A DNA stretch of 64,000 nt from Octopus sinensis (GCF_006345805.1 NC_043003.1:76446001-76510000), one strand, 5' to 3'. Shown: positions 1 through 13,424, counted from the first letter of the stretch. The notes: generated by a model not told the origin, from the sequence alone. Program-made: numbers and translations.

Positions 1-354
1 CTGAAAATGACCATCATTTGGAGCTAGTTCCCTGGCATCCAAATCATGTGGCCAACTCAGCGAAGGGGACGAAGGGTGTAGACCACAATGTTGTGAGGAC
101 GCTATGGCGGGATCTGATATGGAACATTTATAGTTATCTGATCTGGCCCTGATAGATACATGTATAAGCCTCATTAGTTTAGCGTTAGGTTAGAAGAAGG
201 TGAATTGGGTTGCCTGGTGATAGATGAGGAATCTAGTGGTGTTCATGTTAGAGGTGGATATAGAGACAATCTTATTGGACGATGGGAGGATGAAAGGAGG
301 GAAGGATGGGCGTAGGATTTCTGAGGTGATTTCCATTTTAGCTGATAAACTGTG

Positions 355-590
355 TATGTGTGTATATGCATACATCTGTGTGTGTTGGTATTTGTCCCAC
401 ACCACCGCTTGATAACCGATGTAGGTTTGCTTCCAGCCTCACAATTTAGCGGTTTGGCATTAGTGAGGATACAATAAGTAACAGGCTTTAAGAAGAGACC
501 GCAGTTGATTTACCCGACTAAAATACATTTCAAGGTGGTGCCCTATCATGGACACAGACCAATGGCTGAATCAAGTAAAAGATAAACGAT
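355..590 (+). mobile_element. SINE family B, 3' half
   Basis: Body and tail similar to copies at 25760-25980 and 44150-44330 (TG-rich middle, ...CACCACCGCTTGATAACCGAT..., tail AAGTAAAAGA). Confidence 0.7.
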
Positions 591-1119
591 AAAATAAACG
601 ATATCTTCAACAAATATCTTCAACCAGTCAACCGTGTAGTGACTTGTACGTTGTTAAGCCAATAATTCATTGAAATAAATAAACATCCACACATATCTGG
701 ACACATATCTTGTCATCAAAGCAACCAACCAGAAGGCTTTTGTGATTTACCCCATTGTTCAAAAATAGATAACATTTCTTTAAAAAACATAGAAATCAAT
801 AAACAGTTCAAACTATTGTACAAAAATGCCACCCAACCTATCGGACAAAACTGCCACCCACACTGCCTCAAAGAAATTCTCCTCACCCCACCTAAAATCT
901 CATTTATCTTTTTCTTAAACATTCACCACATGAGCGCGCAGACACACATACACACACAAACACACACACACATGTACATGCACACTCGCGCACGCACACT
1001 TATATAGTGACGATACAATTAATTTAAAATAAAGCTGGAACAAGTGAACTCCAAAATATAGTGCGTCTGGTGGCTAAACTGGCAACATGACCATCCCCAA
1101 ATACAACAATATATATATA

Positions 1120-1516
1120 TGGAAACAGTCCTGTAAGTAACTCAGAAGGCCAAGTCGGGTATGGAACCGTCTCGTGCAGTGGTCGCATGGCTGGTGTGGC
1201 GTAGCCTTCTTGGTGCTTTTCGTTTAGTCTTTCCCCTCTCCTCGAAAGTACAACAGCCGAAATGAATTGCTCATTGCTAGGATGGATGGTGAGACGCTTC
1301 TGTTTTCCAGGTGTTAGGGCTGATTCCGGCTTGACAGAGGTATGATTTCAGTTGGTCTTTCAATCTGCGTTTTGGGGTTCCCCGATGTCATTTGCCATCG
1401 ATGGAGAGAACAGTCAGCGGGAGTCTTAAAGAGGCCATTCGACTAAAATGCCCTGACCACCTGAAGCAATGTTTGGCGGTTGCCACCTTCAATACCTGAC
1501 ATTTCTTGGCGGCGAT
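1120..1516 (-). mobile_element. RTE-type LINE, decayed 3' fragment
   Basis: Minus-strand translation RWSGHFSRMASLRLPLTVL..RGTPKRRLKDQLKSYLCQAGISPNTWKTEAS resembles the RTE ORF C-terminus; contains stop codons. Confidence 0.75.
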
Positions 1517-1521
1517 GTATA

Positions 1522-1567
<46 letters not shown>

Positions 1568-1588
1568 ATTATATAATGTATATATGTA

Positions 1589-1628
<40 letters not shown>
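1516..1628. repeat. (TA)n microsatellite
   Basis: Direct reading. Confidence 0.95.
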
Positions 1629-1630
<2 letters not shown>

Positions 1631-2129
1631 TGTGAATAGAAAGATGAATAATCTTGTAGTAGATTAATCAAAAGTTTAACCGATACCTTAGTACAAAAAT
1701 CACAGCAGTGAACAGCACGGTTGGAGGTACAAAACCTCTGGCGTTGCAACCTTGCGTTGGGTGCGGATATTGAAATTAGAGTTTCGCCATGGGCTCTTAG
1801 AGCCAGTTCGATTTGTTTTTTGCTCTGCGTCTGTTCTGTTTTTGTTTTTTTCCAACGGATTTCCTTTTTTTTCTTCCTGAAGAGAAAGAACACACTGGTC
1901 CCATTATTCAATCGATTTTGGTATTGTGCCTTTCGAAACCCGTGTAGAATGAAATAAAACGATTTCTGTTCAATCTGATCTTCAGCTCCTTTCTTCAATT
2001 CACCAATAATGTTTTTATATATATATATATATATATATACGCAGGGAGAGCATGGCTGAAAGGAATGGTTAATAACAATACTTTCTATACAGATCGAACC
2101 CAGAACTATAGAACTGTGAGTAATAATTG

Positions 2130-2340
2130 TTTTCTTTTTATTTCCATTCAACACCGTCAATTATTTGTGTGGAGGAGGTTACATCGATCCCAGTGATAGG
2201 ATTGTACTTATGTCATCACTCACAAAATAATAAAACGTAAAGTCGACTTCGGCGGTATTTGCACGCAGTGCGAAATGACGGAGGGAACAGCGCTAAGCAT
2301 GTTATCCGGTATGCTATCGATTCAACTACCTCACTAGCTT
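2130..2340 (-). mobile_element. SINE family A, degenerate
   Basis: AAAGTCGACTTCGGCGGTATTTG..GCTAAGCAT matches the reverse complement of the family A body. Confidence 0.6.
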
Positions 2341-2403
2341 CCTATGGTATATTGTAATTTTAGCGACAACTGATTCTTTCTTTCATTAATATGCAACACC
2401 CGT

Positions 2404-2611
2404 AAGGTGGCGGTCTGGCAGAATAGTTAGCTCCTCATCCGAAATGCTTAGTGGTATTTCGTGTATCCTTACATTCCGAATTCAAATTCCGCAGAGGTCG
2501 ACTTCGCTTTTCTTCCTTTCGTGAAGGATGATGTAAATACCAGTTGAACACTATGGTCGATGTAGTCTACTTACACCCCTCACCCAAAATTGCTGGTATT
2601 GTGCACCAAAA
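2404..2611 (+). mobile_element. tRNA-derived SINE family A
   Basis: Head GGTGGCGGTCTGGCAGAATAGTTAG (A-box-like) and GAATTCAAATTCC (B-box-like); similar to 7161 and 7479. Confidence 0.75.
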
Positions 2612-2879
2612 ATCCGGCAGAATTTGTACTCAGAGTACAGCGACTGACGAAATGCTGCTGAATATTTTTACTCGGCTCGCTTACGATTCTGCCAACTCAC
2701 CGCCGTTTCACACTGAAGTAGATATTGCGTTGTGCCTATGCGAATTACTTGATTGTGAGTGTGTACTAGCGTTTGCATTTGTATGACTATTTCGATATAC
2801 GAAATGACAGAAGAATCACTTAGTATATGTAGTATCATAGCTTGTCTTAGTGAATTCGTTCAACCGAAAACTAATGAAC

Positions 2880-2966
<87 letters not shown>

Positions 2967-2988
2967 GTGTGTGTGTGTGTGTGTGTGT
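2880..2988. repeat. (TG)n microsatellite
   Basis: Direct reading. Confidence 0.95.
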
Positions 2989-4559
2989 TTGTCTGCATGC
3001 ATGGCTGATAGTACAACCCTATAAATGAAACTTGAAGTTACAGTCAATTTGATCTTCACAGTATGTTTGACATTACTCTCTGTATGGATAAATCTCAAGT
3101 AGATATTCCATTGCTAGTATTATTTATCGAAACGTTATTTCAACATCGCCCTCCATATATATATATATGTATATGTATATGTATATGTATGTATATGTGT
3201 ATGTATGTATGTATATATAATGTTTGTATATATGCGTGCATATACACCCGTGTGTGTGTTTGTATACAGATAGATATACAGACAGTACCAGACATAAATA
3301 GAGATAAGGTATAAAGACACAGCAATGTGATTATATGCAGGTATAGATGTTAGTATACACCTCGATACTTCAACTGAATGTTACGGAAAGTTTTTCATAA
3401 TTTCATTTCAATTCTTCCGTTGGAATATTGTACATTAGACTACACTTCCATATCAATATCCGTTTCCCTCTTCGCTTTCTCTTGAGTTTAAACACATTCA
3501 AACTACTTTCTGTATTTCACACATCTCTAGTTTCTTCGCTCTAGTTTCTTCGCTCTACTTTCTAGCTTCTAGCCTCCAATATTGTTCAATTCTTCGTATA
3601 CATTCTGGCTAAATCAGTCCTCCGTTGAGTCAAATATAACACCTGTGAAAATCTTCTAGCAATCTTAATTTATATACTGGTATCCGTATGGCCCCATACA
3701 ACCGCACAAACACACACACACAGAATTATATGTGTATATGCGTGACTATGTGTCTATGTATGCACGTATGTGTATGTATGAGTGTATGTATGTGTGTAAG
3801 TGTGTGTGTGTGTTAGTATATATATATATTTATAGATGCATATATTCAATTTATATGTATTGCAATTCTTATTAGACTCCATCACAATCTTGCATATTTT
3901 TATTGTTCCGTTTACATATCTTAATGCGTTAAAGTTCATGTCTGCTGGTCTCTTTCTTGAATATCCTTGTTTTTTCATACGCTGTCGCTCAGATATTTAA
4001 TAACGTTTTCAAGTACAACAATCATTATTGGCATAAATGGAAATTTATATTCAGAGGAGAGGAGCAGTAGTTATTTTAGGGCAGCTGCTGATTACTTGCA
4101 TTATATCATAATGCACAAATGTGATATAATTGACATTTGTGGTTGTTCCTTGGAAGTTTAAATGCTTCACTGTCCCATTTTTCCATTTGATATTTTAAAG
4201 AAATCTTTTTTTTTTTTTGGTTGTAAATCGTAGCCTTTACGACGTGACGAGATGCAATGATAACAATTTCAAGAGAGGAATTACTTAATATTAACATTAT
4301 CTTTTTCACATTTACGGCAAACATATCTATACATAGCTATTTTGTGGTATGCAGTGTTTCTTATACACAGCTGTGCTGATATATACTAGCCCAGCAATTC
4401 TGGATATGTATAGGAAATTGAATGTGCCTTGAAGACTCCATTATCGACCCGCATAATGTTATAAATTTCACATTTATGCACTTGGTTATGTATTTATCTT
4501 TGTTGTCTTGTTAACATGTGGTATCTATTAACACATGGCACTCGAAAGCTGTATGTGCT

Positions 4560-4960
4560 GATCTTCCTCGTTCATCAATATCACTCTTTCTGTGGACAAC
4601 TGCATTTGATGTCATGATCTTACGTGTTTCAATATCAATGGAACTGATTTCGTCTATAGACCAGTCGAGCATATCAAAAGATTGCTACCAGCACGGTCAC
4701 TGAAAATGTAAGTCTTGTATAATATTTTTTGGCTACTTCTTGTCTAAAGTACTTTAGTATGAAATATCATCAATACCGAGGTATTCTTAGCAGTCATTTT
4801 GAGATTAGAACGAGCACTGATGTTTAGGTTGTGCGTTTTGGGAACTTTTTGTGTCCAGTCAATAATTTAATATAAACATTTCTTTGACCAAACTCTGTCC
4901 TTATATCAACATAAAACACCAAGATTAAACCCAGGTATTTTTCGGTATTGTAAGGGTTTC
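4560..4960 (-). mobile_element. R4/Dong-type LINE RT fragment, decayed
   Basis: Minus translation FDMLDWSIDEISSIDIETRKIMTSNAVVHRKSDID parallels VNWSITEICNLDRKIRTLLTMHRMHHPKADID near 53240; upstream YLGIDD motif. Confidence 0.7.
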
Positions 4961-6009
4961 GGGTATAGATATTTAAATTTTCAAAGAAAAGGGGAACAAA
5001 ATTGAAAAATTATGGGTTATTCTCGTAACATTTGCACTGGCAGATGATAGGATATTCGTAACTAAGATTACAGAGGATTTAAGGCCGAAATAATCCAAAC
5101 TGTCTCCTTAGAGTATTCTAGTCGAAATATTTCAAGCATCAGAGACAATAGTTGTACTTTTGGTTATAAGGTTTGTGGAACAGATATTTTTCCAGCTGTA
5201 GTATTTCGTTAGCCTTGAATCGAAAATCTTTCTGAAATTAAATGACACTGACACCAGGTTTCCATTTTCTTTTCCTACATCGGGTAGCAAGGTGTTCATT
5301 GCATCATCACACAGCTATACTTCTACCAGCCTGCTCATCAAGCATTTATCATCAGGTACTCGACAGTCTAGAAGGAATTGGTGTTCACAGAGTGTTCACC
5401 AATTATTTATACATCATATTGAAAGCGGCCTTGGTTCGATTGCTCTCCGCATAGAGTGAGACTGCAAGCGTGTAATTTATACACACACGCGCACACACAC
5501 ACACACATGCACACACACACATATGTAAACACATATGGACACTGATGAACAGAGAGGTGTATAAAGGATGAGGTGTGTATGTATGTATATATTTATGCGT
5601 ATACGTATGTATATATTTATGTATGTATTAGTCAATCAAAGTGTAATGAGAGACTCCAGCTGGCTGAAGCCTACCCACACATTTATATCTATCAGATTTT
5701 ATATAGTTTTAATATAACATGTACAAACCAATGCATAAACTAAAGTAGTTCCACTAGCTATTAAAATTATCGTAATTTTTAATATAGTTATGTAATACAT
5801 TAATCTTCATTCTTTTGTCTTTTTACTATTATGCTCTAATAATCTACAATAAAAACACCAACCGATTAAATGATGAATATCGTCAGATGTACCGTTGGTA
5901 TCGAATGCACTGTCGATTAAAATGAATCTAACTTCTAATTTTCCTTCATTGGTGCTCTTTCAGCTCGGATTTTGCATACGATTTGCTGATTGAATAATTC
6001 ATCTGGTTT

Positions 6010-6861
<852 letters not shown>

Positions 6862-7160
6862 CTTGCATGTGTGAGAATTTACACTTGTGTGTCTACATTT
6901 CAGTGATCAAAAATACGTCTGGTGCGTTCACACATTAGAAATTATAACATAATTGGGTGTATTTAAGTCGATTACACGGTAGCTGTCAATGATAACGCTT
7001 GCTTATTTCGCTAAGAATTGAGTGCTAACAGAATGTTCTTACAGACGTGTCATCATTTATTTTTGACAATCAATTAAACTGTCTAAACTTAATATTTAAC
7101 ATGAAATTTTAATATAATTGCTGTTCAGTGTTTTTGTTGTTGTTGTTGTTGTTCTTGTTA

Positions 7161-7357
7161 AAGCGGCAAGCTGGCAGAATTGTTACTACACCGGTAAAAA
7201 TGCTTAGCACTATTATTCCCGAGTTTATGTTCTCAGTTCGAATTTAGCCGACGTCTATTTTGCCTTTCCTTCTATCAGGGTCAAAAAATAAGTACAAGTT
7301 GAACACTGGGATAAATGTAATGTACTTGTCCCGTTACTTAGAATTCAGGCCTTGTAC
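7161..7357 (+). mobile_element. tRNA-derived SINE family A
   Basis: AAGCGGCAAGCTGGCAGAATTGTTA head; GTTCGAATTT B-box-like. Confidence 0.75.
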
Positions 7358-7391
7358 ATTTAGTAGAAAGGTTTATAATAATAACAATAAT

Positions 7392-7392
<1 letters not shown>

Positions 7393-7478
<86 letters not shown>
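7393..7478. repeat. (TAG)n/(TGG)n microsatellite
   Basis: Direct reading. Confidence 0.95.
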
Positions 7479-7693
7479 AAGGTGGCGAGCTGGCAGAATC
7501 GTTAACACGTCGTGCAAAATGCTTAGCGGTCTTTCGTTCGTCTCTACGTTCTGAGTTAAAAATTCCGCTGATTTCGATTTTGTATTTCATCCTTTCGGGA
7601 TCGATCAATTAAGTACTAGTGAAACAATGGAATCGATCTAATCGACTAACTCCTTTCCCAATATTTCAGGCCTTTTACCTCTAGTAGAAACGA
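7479..7693 (+). mobile_element. tRNA-derived SINE family A
   Basis: AAGGTGGCGAGCTGGCAGAATCGTTAACACG head, GAGTTAAAATTCC. Confidence 0.8.
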
Positions 7694-7706
7694 TTATTAT
7701 TATTAT

Positions 7707-8131
7707 TGAGTGAGAGAGCAGTGCATACCATCAAAGTGACACTGGGTTAAATTATACGAAGCCCAATATGCCCATCATAACTACTCATCTGATAAGGGTA
7801 CACCAGGTATATGCATCACAACTATATGTGCGCGACATGGTGATCTCATATCAAGATAAACATCACATGACCTTGCAAGTGGCGCCCAGTTAAAATTTTC
7901 TTCTGGTCGAGTACCCCATCCTGCTCAAAAGATCCCTGAATAAGGATTGTTTAAGTATGTTGAACGAACCACCCATGTTTCCTGAAGTGAAATATCCAAA
8001 ACTCTAAGAATTCCTCTCAACGCACGGCTATGATGCTCTCCCACTACTTCTGCTCGTGATCAGACATGCACATATCGTTAGCCACCAAGGGACTTACTCA
8101 ACTGGTTAAGGTCAAACAACTGACAAGCAAA
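7707..8131 (-). mobile_element. Non-coding (TAA)n-flanked interspersed element
   Basis: Reverse complement aligns by eye with 55850-56130 and 56410-56760; (TTA)n on both sides. Confidence 0.75.
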
Positions 8132-8147
8132 TTATTATTTTTATTAA

Positions 8148-8201
<54 letters not shown>

Positions 8202-9016
8202 GCTGTTTATTTAATTTCAGTGTGTTAAATTGTATCTGTTAAAATTTTGTTCTAAAAGTAGTATTCCTGAATTTTTTTTTTATTTTCTTGGAGACATTTC
8301 TTTTATAGTTAATTGTTCCAGCGTTTTCCTGTGTGGCAAAACTCTTAGTGGGCGTAAAGAATCCGTTTATGTTCAGCTAGCTTGTTTAAATCATGGCACC
8401 GCTGTCGGAAGTCTGTGAAATGTCAGTGATTTACACACATGAAATATCTGTGCAAGCAGTTCTGAAAATATTAACAAGAGAGAGACAATATCACATAGAA
8501 TAATTTGTGGGATGTTTTTTGAAATTCTGCTCCCAAATTTCAAATCTTGCTGCTGTCAGCATTGCGCTTCATTCCTCGCAATCAATAAATAATGTACCAT
8601 TTAAGAACGACAGTTTGGGTATATAGTTAAAGTAACGAAGAAGATGGCTTCGAGTAACTGTCTCGATTCTATACGTTCTCCCAGCACTTAACGCAGAAGA
8701 AAAAGTTCTTCCACTTTTCTGCCAGGGCTTTTATTTAGTTTTGCTATCGTAAAACAGTAGTTTTATGTGTTTGTTTAAGTGGTGGAGCAAATAAGAATTT
8801 TGGTGTCATTTAGTCGACATGTTAGAGAATGATATATATCGGCGATACCAGCATTTATATAGGATACTACACGTAGTAGGGCGGACAAGATTTTTGGCGT
8901 CTGTTCAGCCTCATTCTGGTGAATGTTGTAATTCAACGACTGGAGTAAATGATTAGGAAAGTAACCGATTTGATGTATTAGGTGACATATCAGTTTCCGT
9001 ACGTTACAGTAAACTG

Positions 9017-9072
<56 letters not shown>

Positions 9073-9989
9073 ACATACTGTCATGATGGCCGAAATTGGG
9101 TTGTTTCTTTTGTGTAGTGGTAATTAACACATCTACATAGTTTACAGCAGATTCAACGTTCGAGCCACGGGAGACATGTGACAACATTTTCCATCTGCTA
9201 TATAATATATAGAGAGAGCGATAGAGAGAGAGAAAGAAAGAAAAAGAAAAGAAAGAAAGAAAGAATGAAGGAAAGAACGGAAGAAAGTAATGTTGGATGT
9301 TGGGATACCTGAGTGATATATGGTATTCATTACTCGATTATCCGTGACAGTTTTGAAGCTAATCTGAACACCTCATTATTTGTAGGCATGTGTGCGTTAA
9401 GAGAGGCAATACGTTGAACTAGAAGTAATTTTAGTTCAGTTGATATTGTCTCACTAATGAAATATAAAATCAAGAGCGGAAACGATAATTCCTATCTAAT
9501 AAGACAAGTGAAACATATCTGTAACTAAAATCAATTAAAAATTATACACGGACCATACAACGGGGAATGAATCAAAGCATTGTCTTTACAACTTTTGCGA
9601 TGACATGGCCAGAATCGTCACTTTACTTACCAAAATATAAACAGTACACTACACAAAAAGTCAGTATTTCATATTTGATTAATTCTCAGTTTTGAGATTT
9701 TTTTTTTGTCTTACCTGCTTTGAATTATGATTAAAGCAAATAATGCTGCCCTTGATAACGTGGTCAGTTTGGAGTGATTTATTAATATTTTTTTATGATG
9801 ATTACTGTACGTACGCTAATACCTCCTCTTAACGGCACCATTGTTATGTAGTAGAGATTTAATACAGAACCTTCCGCTGTTATATACTGTAGTTTCATTC
9901 TCCCTCAGAAAGCATAAACGACCTTGGAGAATCCGCATATATACATACATAAATATCTATGCTGATGTATGCGCATATATATATATATA

Positions 9990-10195
9990 TACTTTATTTA
10001 AAGCAGCAGAAAGTTCAACAAAACCTGTTACTCTGAGTTTCCCGTTGCCGTTCATCGGACAGTTTTTGCTAGAATGGAACCGGTATGTCAATACTATCCA
10101 GACTATTACAAACGCTACACCTTTAAAAAATGGACTTGTTTGATTGGCCCTTTAGAAATAACGGTCAATCTTCGAGCGATAAATAAAAATGAGCT

Positions 10196-10200
<5 letters not shown>
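9990..10200 (-). mobile_element. Penelope-like pLTR fragment
   Basis: Shares CAGAGTAACAGGTTTTGTTGAA..CTGCTGCTTTAAATAAAG with 12177-12220; carries an HHR-like motif. Confidence 0.6.
10021..10066 (-). ncRNA. Hammerhead-like motif, U4>C variant
   Basis: Minus: aaaactgt CCGATGA acggcaacgg GAAA ctcagag TA acaggttt; stem I ctgt/acag. Confidence 0.5.
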
Positions 10201-10224
<24 letters not shown>

Positions 10225-10235
<11 letters not shown>

Positions 10236-11032
10236 AAAATTATAAAATTCGAGGAAAAACCTTACATTGAATTAAATATATATTGACCTTAATGAAGGAA
10301 ATATAATTAATACATGGAAATTGAAATGCATTAAAAATACATATTCATATTAAAGTATACATATACATCAACATACACAGATAGATGCGTGCAAACCCCA
10401 TACATATACAGACGTATAAATATAAAGCTAAAATATACACACACATGCATGTATACATATGTATACGCAATCTAGTTCGCACGCAAGCTAAAATCATGGA
10501 TGGTAAAGTAGCGTTCTTATTTACGAAGCAAAGTTTAAGACATGAGTAAGTGAGTGGGGACGTAAAGTTACATGATTCTATAAAAGTATCGTTCATGTAG
10601 AGAAAAAAACCAAAGAAAGGAAGAGAGAGAAAAAAGAAAAAGGGGGAAGGAAAAAAGGAAAAAGGAGGGGTGGGGAAAAACTAAATAAGAAAAATTATGT
10701 ATACAAGCTGTGTAACATATTGACATATATATGGAGAGACAAGTACACAAACACACAAGTTCAAGTGGATACATAAACATACAGTAGCTTAAGCACACAC
10801 ATACACGACTGTATGTGTATGCATGCACTTGAACTTGTGTGTTTGTGTACTTCTGTATATGTATGGGGTTTGCACGTATCTATCTGTGTATGTTGATATA
10901 TATGTATACTTTAATATGAATATGTATTTTTGATGCATTTCAATTTCCATGTATTAATTATATTTCCTTCATTAAGGTCAATATGTATTTTATTCAATGT
11001 AAGGTTTTTCCTCAAATTTTATAATTTTTATA

Positions 11033-11040
<8 letters not shown>
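10225..11040. repeat. Foldback / long inverted repeat
   Basis: 10225-10412 is the reverse complement of 10852-11040; inner arms at about 10740-10785 and 10810-10852. Confidence 0.9.
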
Positions 11041-11067
<27 letters not shown>

Positions 11068-11072
<5 letters not shown>

Positions 11073-11754
11073 GTAACAAAAAACATTTTCTGCAACCAGC
11101 GGTCAAGTGAGAAAATAGAGTTAGTCACAGACTATATAATATATTCAACAAATAATTAAGGAATGACCCTGAGAAGGTCGTTCGACTCACTTGAAAAGAG
11201 CAGCTAAACTCAAAACCGCAAAAAAAGTAGTAATTCTGAAACTAGAGGAGAAATAAAAACATTTATCCCCTTCAAACTTTGTACCCTGCAAAGTTCCAAC
11301 ATCTTTCACGCAATCAAATTTAATTAAATTAAATTAAATCCGTTTACGCTTGGCTTGTCTCGTCAGCAAAGTCACCAAAAGAGGAGGAAGATATATATAC
11401 ACGAGGCTACACCATCTAAGCCTCGGGTCTCTATATCCTAAATTTTCGAATTCACCGTAATCGCGCCATCTACTCCGCAGCAAATATAAGCTGCTGATGC
11501 AAATTTCAGAATTAGTCAAGAATTCATTAATCAATCAATATAAGGGTAACAAAAAATTCAAGAAAAATTTTCTGCAACCAGCGGTCAACAGAGAAAGTAG
11601 AGATAGTCACAGACTATATAATATATTCAACAACTAATTAAGAAATGACCCTGAGAAGGTCGTTCGACTCACTTGAAAGGAGCAGCTAAACTCAAAACCG
11701 CAAAAAAAGTAGTAATTCTGAAACTAGAGGAGAATTGAAAACATTTATCCCCTT
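11068..11754 (-). mobile_element. Non-coding element with ~205 bp terminal direct repeats and internal HHR (retrozyme/pLTR-like)
   Basis: Direct repeats 11068-11272 and 11541-11754; TA tract upstream, short TA downstream; HHR at 11276-11372. Confidence 0.75.
11276..11372 (-). ncRNA. Hammerhead ribozyme motif, A13>G variant
   Basis: Minus: actttg CTGACGA gaca...tgtt GGAA ctttgcaggg TA caaagt; 6-bp stem I, quasi-palindromic stem III. Confidence 0.55.
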
Positions 11755-11762
11755 TATATATA

Positions 11763-12117
11763 TACTAGCAGTATCGCCCGGCGTTGCTCGGGTTTGTAAA
11801 GGAAATAACTATAAAGCATTTTTAGAGAGTTATAACCAAAAAATGGAAAAAAAATGATGGTAAATTTTTTTTAGTTAAAATGGTCAATTTGCGTCCCCTA
11901 GACCGTCTGTGGTTTGTGTTTCTGATTGTCGACCCCATGTCGAATTTATCGATTTTTTTCAGAACTGGGGGAACTTTTCAAAATGTTCGCTGCGTTAGTT
12001 TTGAATTATGACATTGGGCTATGTGTGTGTCAAGTTTCATCAGAATCGGTTGAAAGCCGTGGTCAGGGTGAGGGTACAACCTAACAGACACACAGAAACA
12101 CACACAGACCAACTTCC

Positions 12118-12121
<4 letters not shown>
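11763..12121 (+). mobile_element. Non-autonomous Helitron-like element
   Basis: 5' TACTAGCAGTATCGCCCGGCGTTGCTCGGG and 3' AAGTTTCATCAGAATCGGTTG..ACAGACACACAGA..TATATA architecture, recognised as similar to Lep1/Helentron-type non-autonomous elements. Confidence 0.6.
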
Positions 12122-12161
<40 letters not shown>

Positions 12162-12462
12162 CAGCTCATTTTGAGCCCAGAGTAACAGGTTTTGTTGAAT
12201 TTTCTGCTGCTTTAAATAAAGCATATTACACTACCACTGGTAATAGAGTACTCTTTTTTCCGCCTTGTTTCACATTTATGTGTTTACTCCGGTATATATA
12301 TATATATATTTGTGTGTGTGTGCATATATATATTTATATACATACATATACATATATACATGCGTCTATGTGTATATATTTATATATACATGTATATTGA
12401 CTGGTGCTGCCCTTGTACCCATAGCAATTCCGGATTTTTTACGGTAAAATGTATTGTCAAAC

Positions 12463-13334
12463 TTTTTGATTCATGCCACCCAAGACACACTAAAACAAAC
12501 ATCCCCTTCAACCTTGCAAGAAGGATATGCACAATAGTGTCAGAACAAAATACCAGGAACTTTAGACTGCAAGAACTCAAAAACACCCTAATTGACAGAC
12601 ATTACCCAGCTCAACTCATAGAGGATGGGATCAGACGTGCAACAGAAATCAACATAGAAACTTTGAGAAAAGTTCAACACAACAACACACCTTCCCCGAA
12701 AATACTACCTTACATATCCACATACAACCCCAGAAACAAAGAAGCCTTCAACATCATCATCCATAATTTACCAATACTTCATAAGGTCCCCAAATTAAAG
12801 GAAATTCTAAACATACACCAAATCATTAAAAGCTACAAACAACCTAAATCACTTAAAAAGATTCTCACAAAGGCAAAATTGTTTTCTGAAATTACGGATG
12901 CAAAAGTAAAAAAATGTGGTAGACCGAACTGTGCAACATGTCTAAACCTGCTAGAAGGATCAAAATTCCTCTTCAAAGAGGGACAGAAATTCAAGATCAA
13001 ATCTAATTTTAGTTGTGCCTCTGAAAACTTAATTTATGTCATAAGATGCTCGGGCTGCCACCAAAATAACGTGGGGTCCACTGGACTATCACTCAGACGT
13101 AGATGCACACTGCATCGACAACAGATTGCATTCCCAGAATACAGAATGATACCCTTTAGTGAGCACATTGAGAAATGCGCAAAGCAACTACTACCACAAT
13201 TTTTAATCTTTCCATTTTACCAATGTGCTATTGGAACACCAACACAAATTAGACTAAACAAGGAAACATTCTTCATTGAAAAATACATTCTTATACAGAG
13301 AAACTCACCCCCCAAAAAAGGCAATAAATATTAA
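12463..13334 (+). pseudogene. Penelope RT-thumb + GIY-YIG endonuclease ORF fragment
   Basis: Open frame within ORF 12312-13334; the upstream part of that ORF is microsatellite; YIG is altered to NVG; no YxDD motif. Confidence 0.85.
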
Positions 13335-13424
13335 GCGATTATCTCCCTTACACCGGAAGAAATCACTTATTACCTCCCCTTATCTGGAACTCTTCCTTAC
13401 ACTTCTCAACGAAAGCATAACGAT

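Noticed and set aside
1630-2020. Penelope pLTR-like segment with CTGAAGA...GAAA on the minus strand
   Set aside because: Stems I and II could not be paired, so it is not called as a ribozyme.
7479-7570. Possible tRNA gene
   Set aside because: A/B-box-like motifs belong to a multi-copy SINE head; no full cloverleaf.
8775-9074. 99 aa minus-strand ORF
   Set aside because: Starts in a (TG)n tract, with no recognisable domain or splice support.
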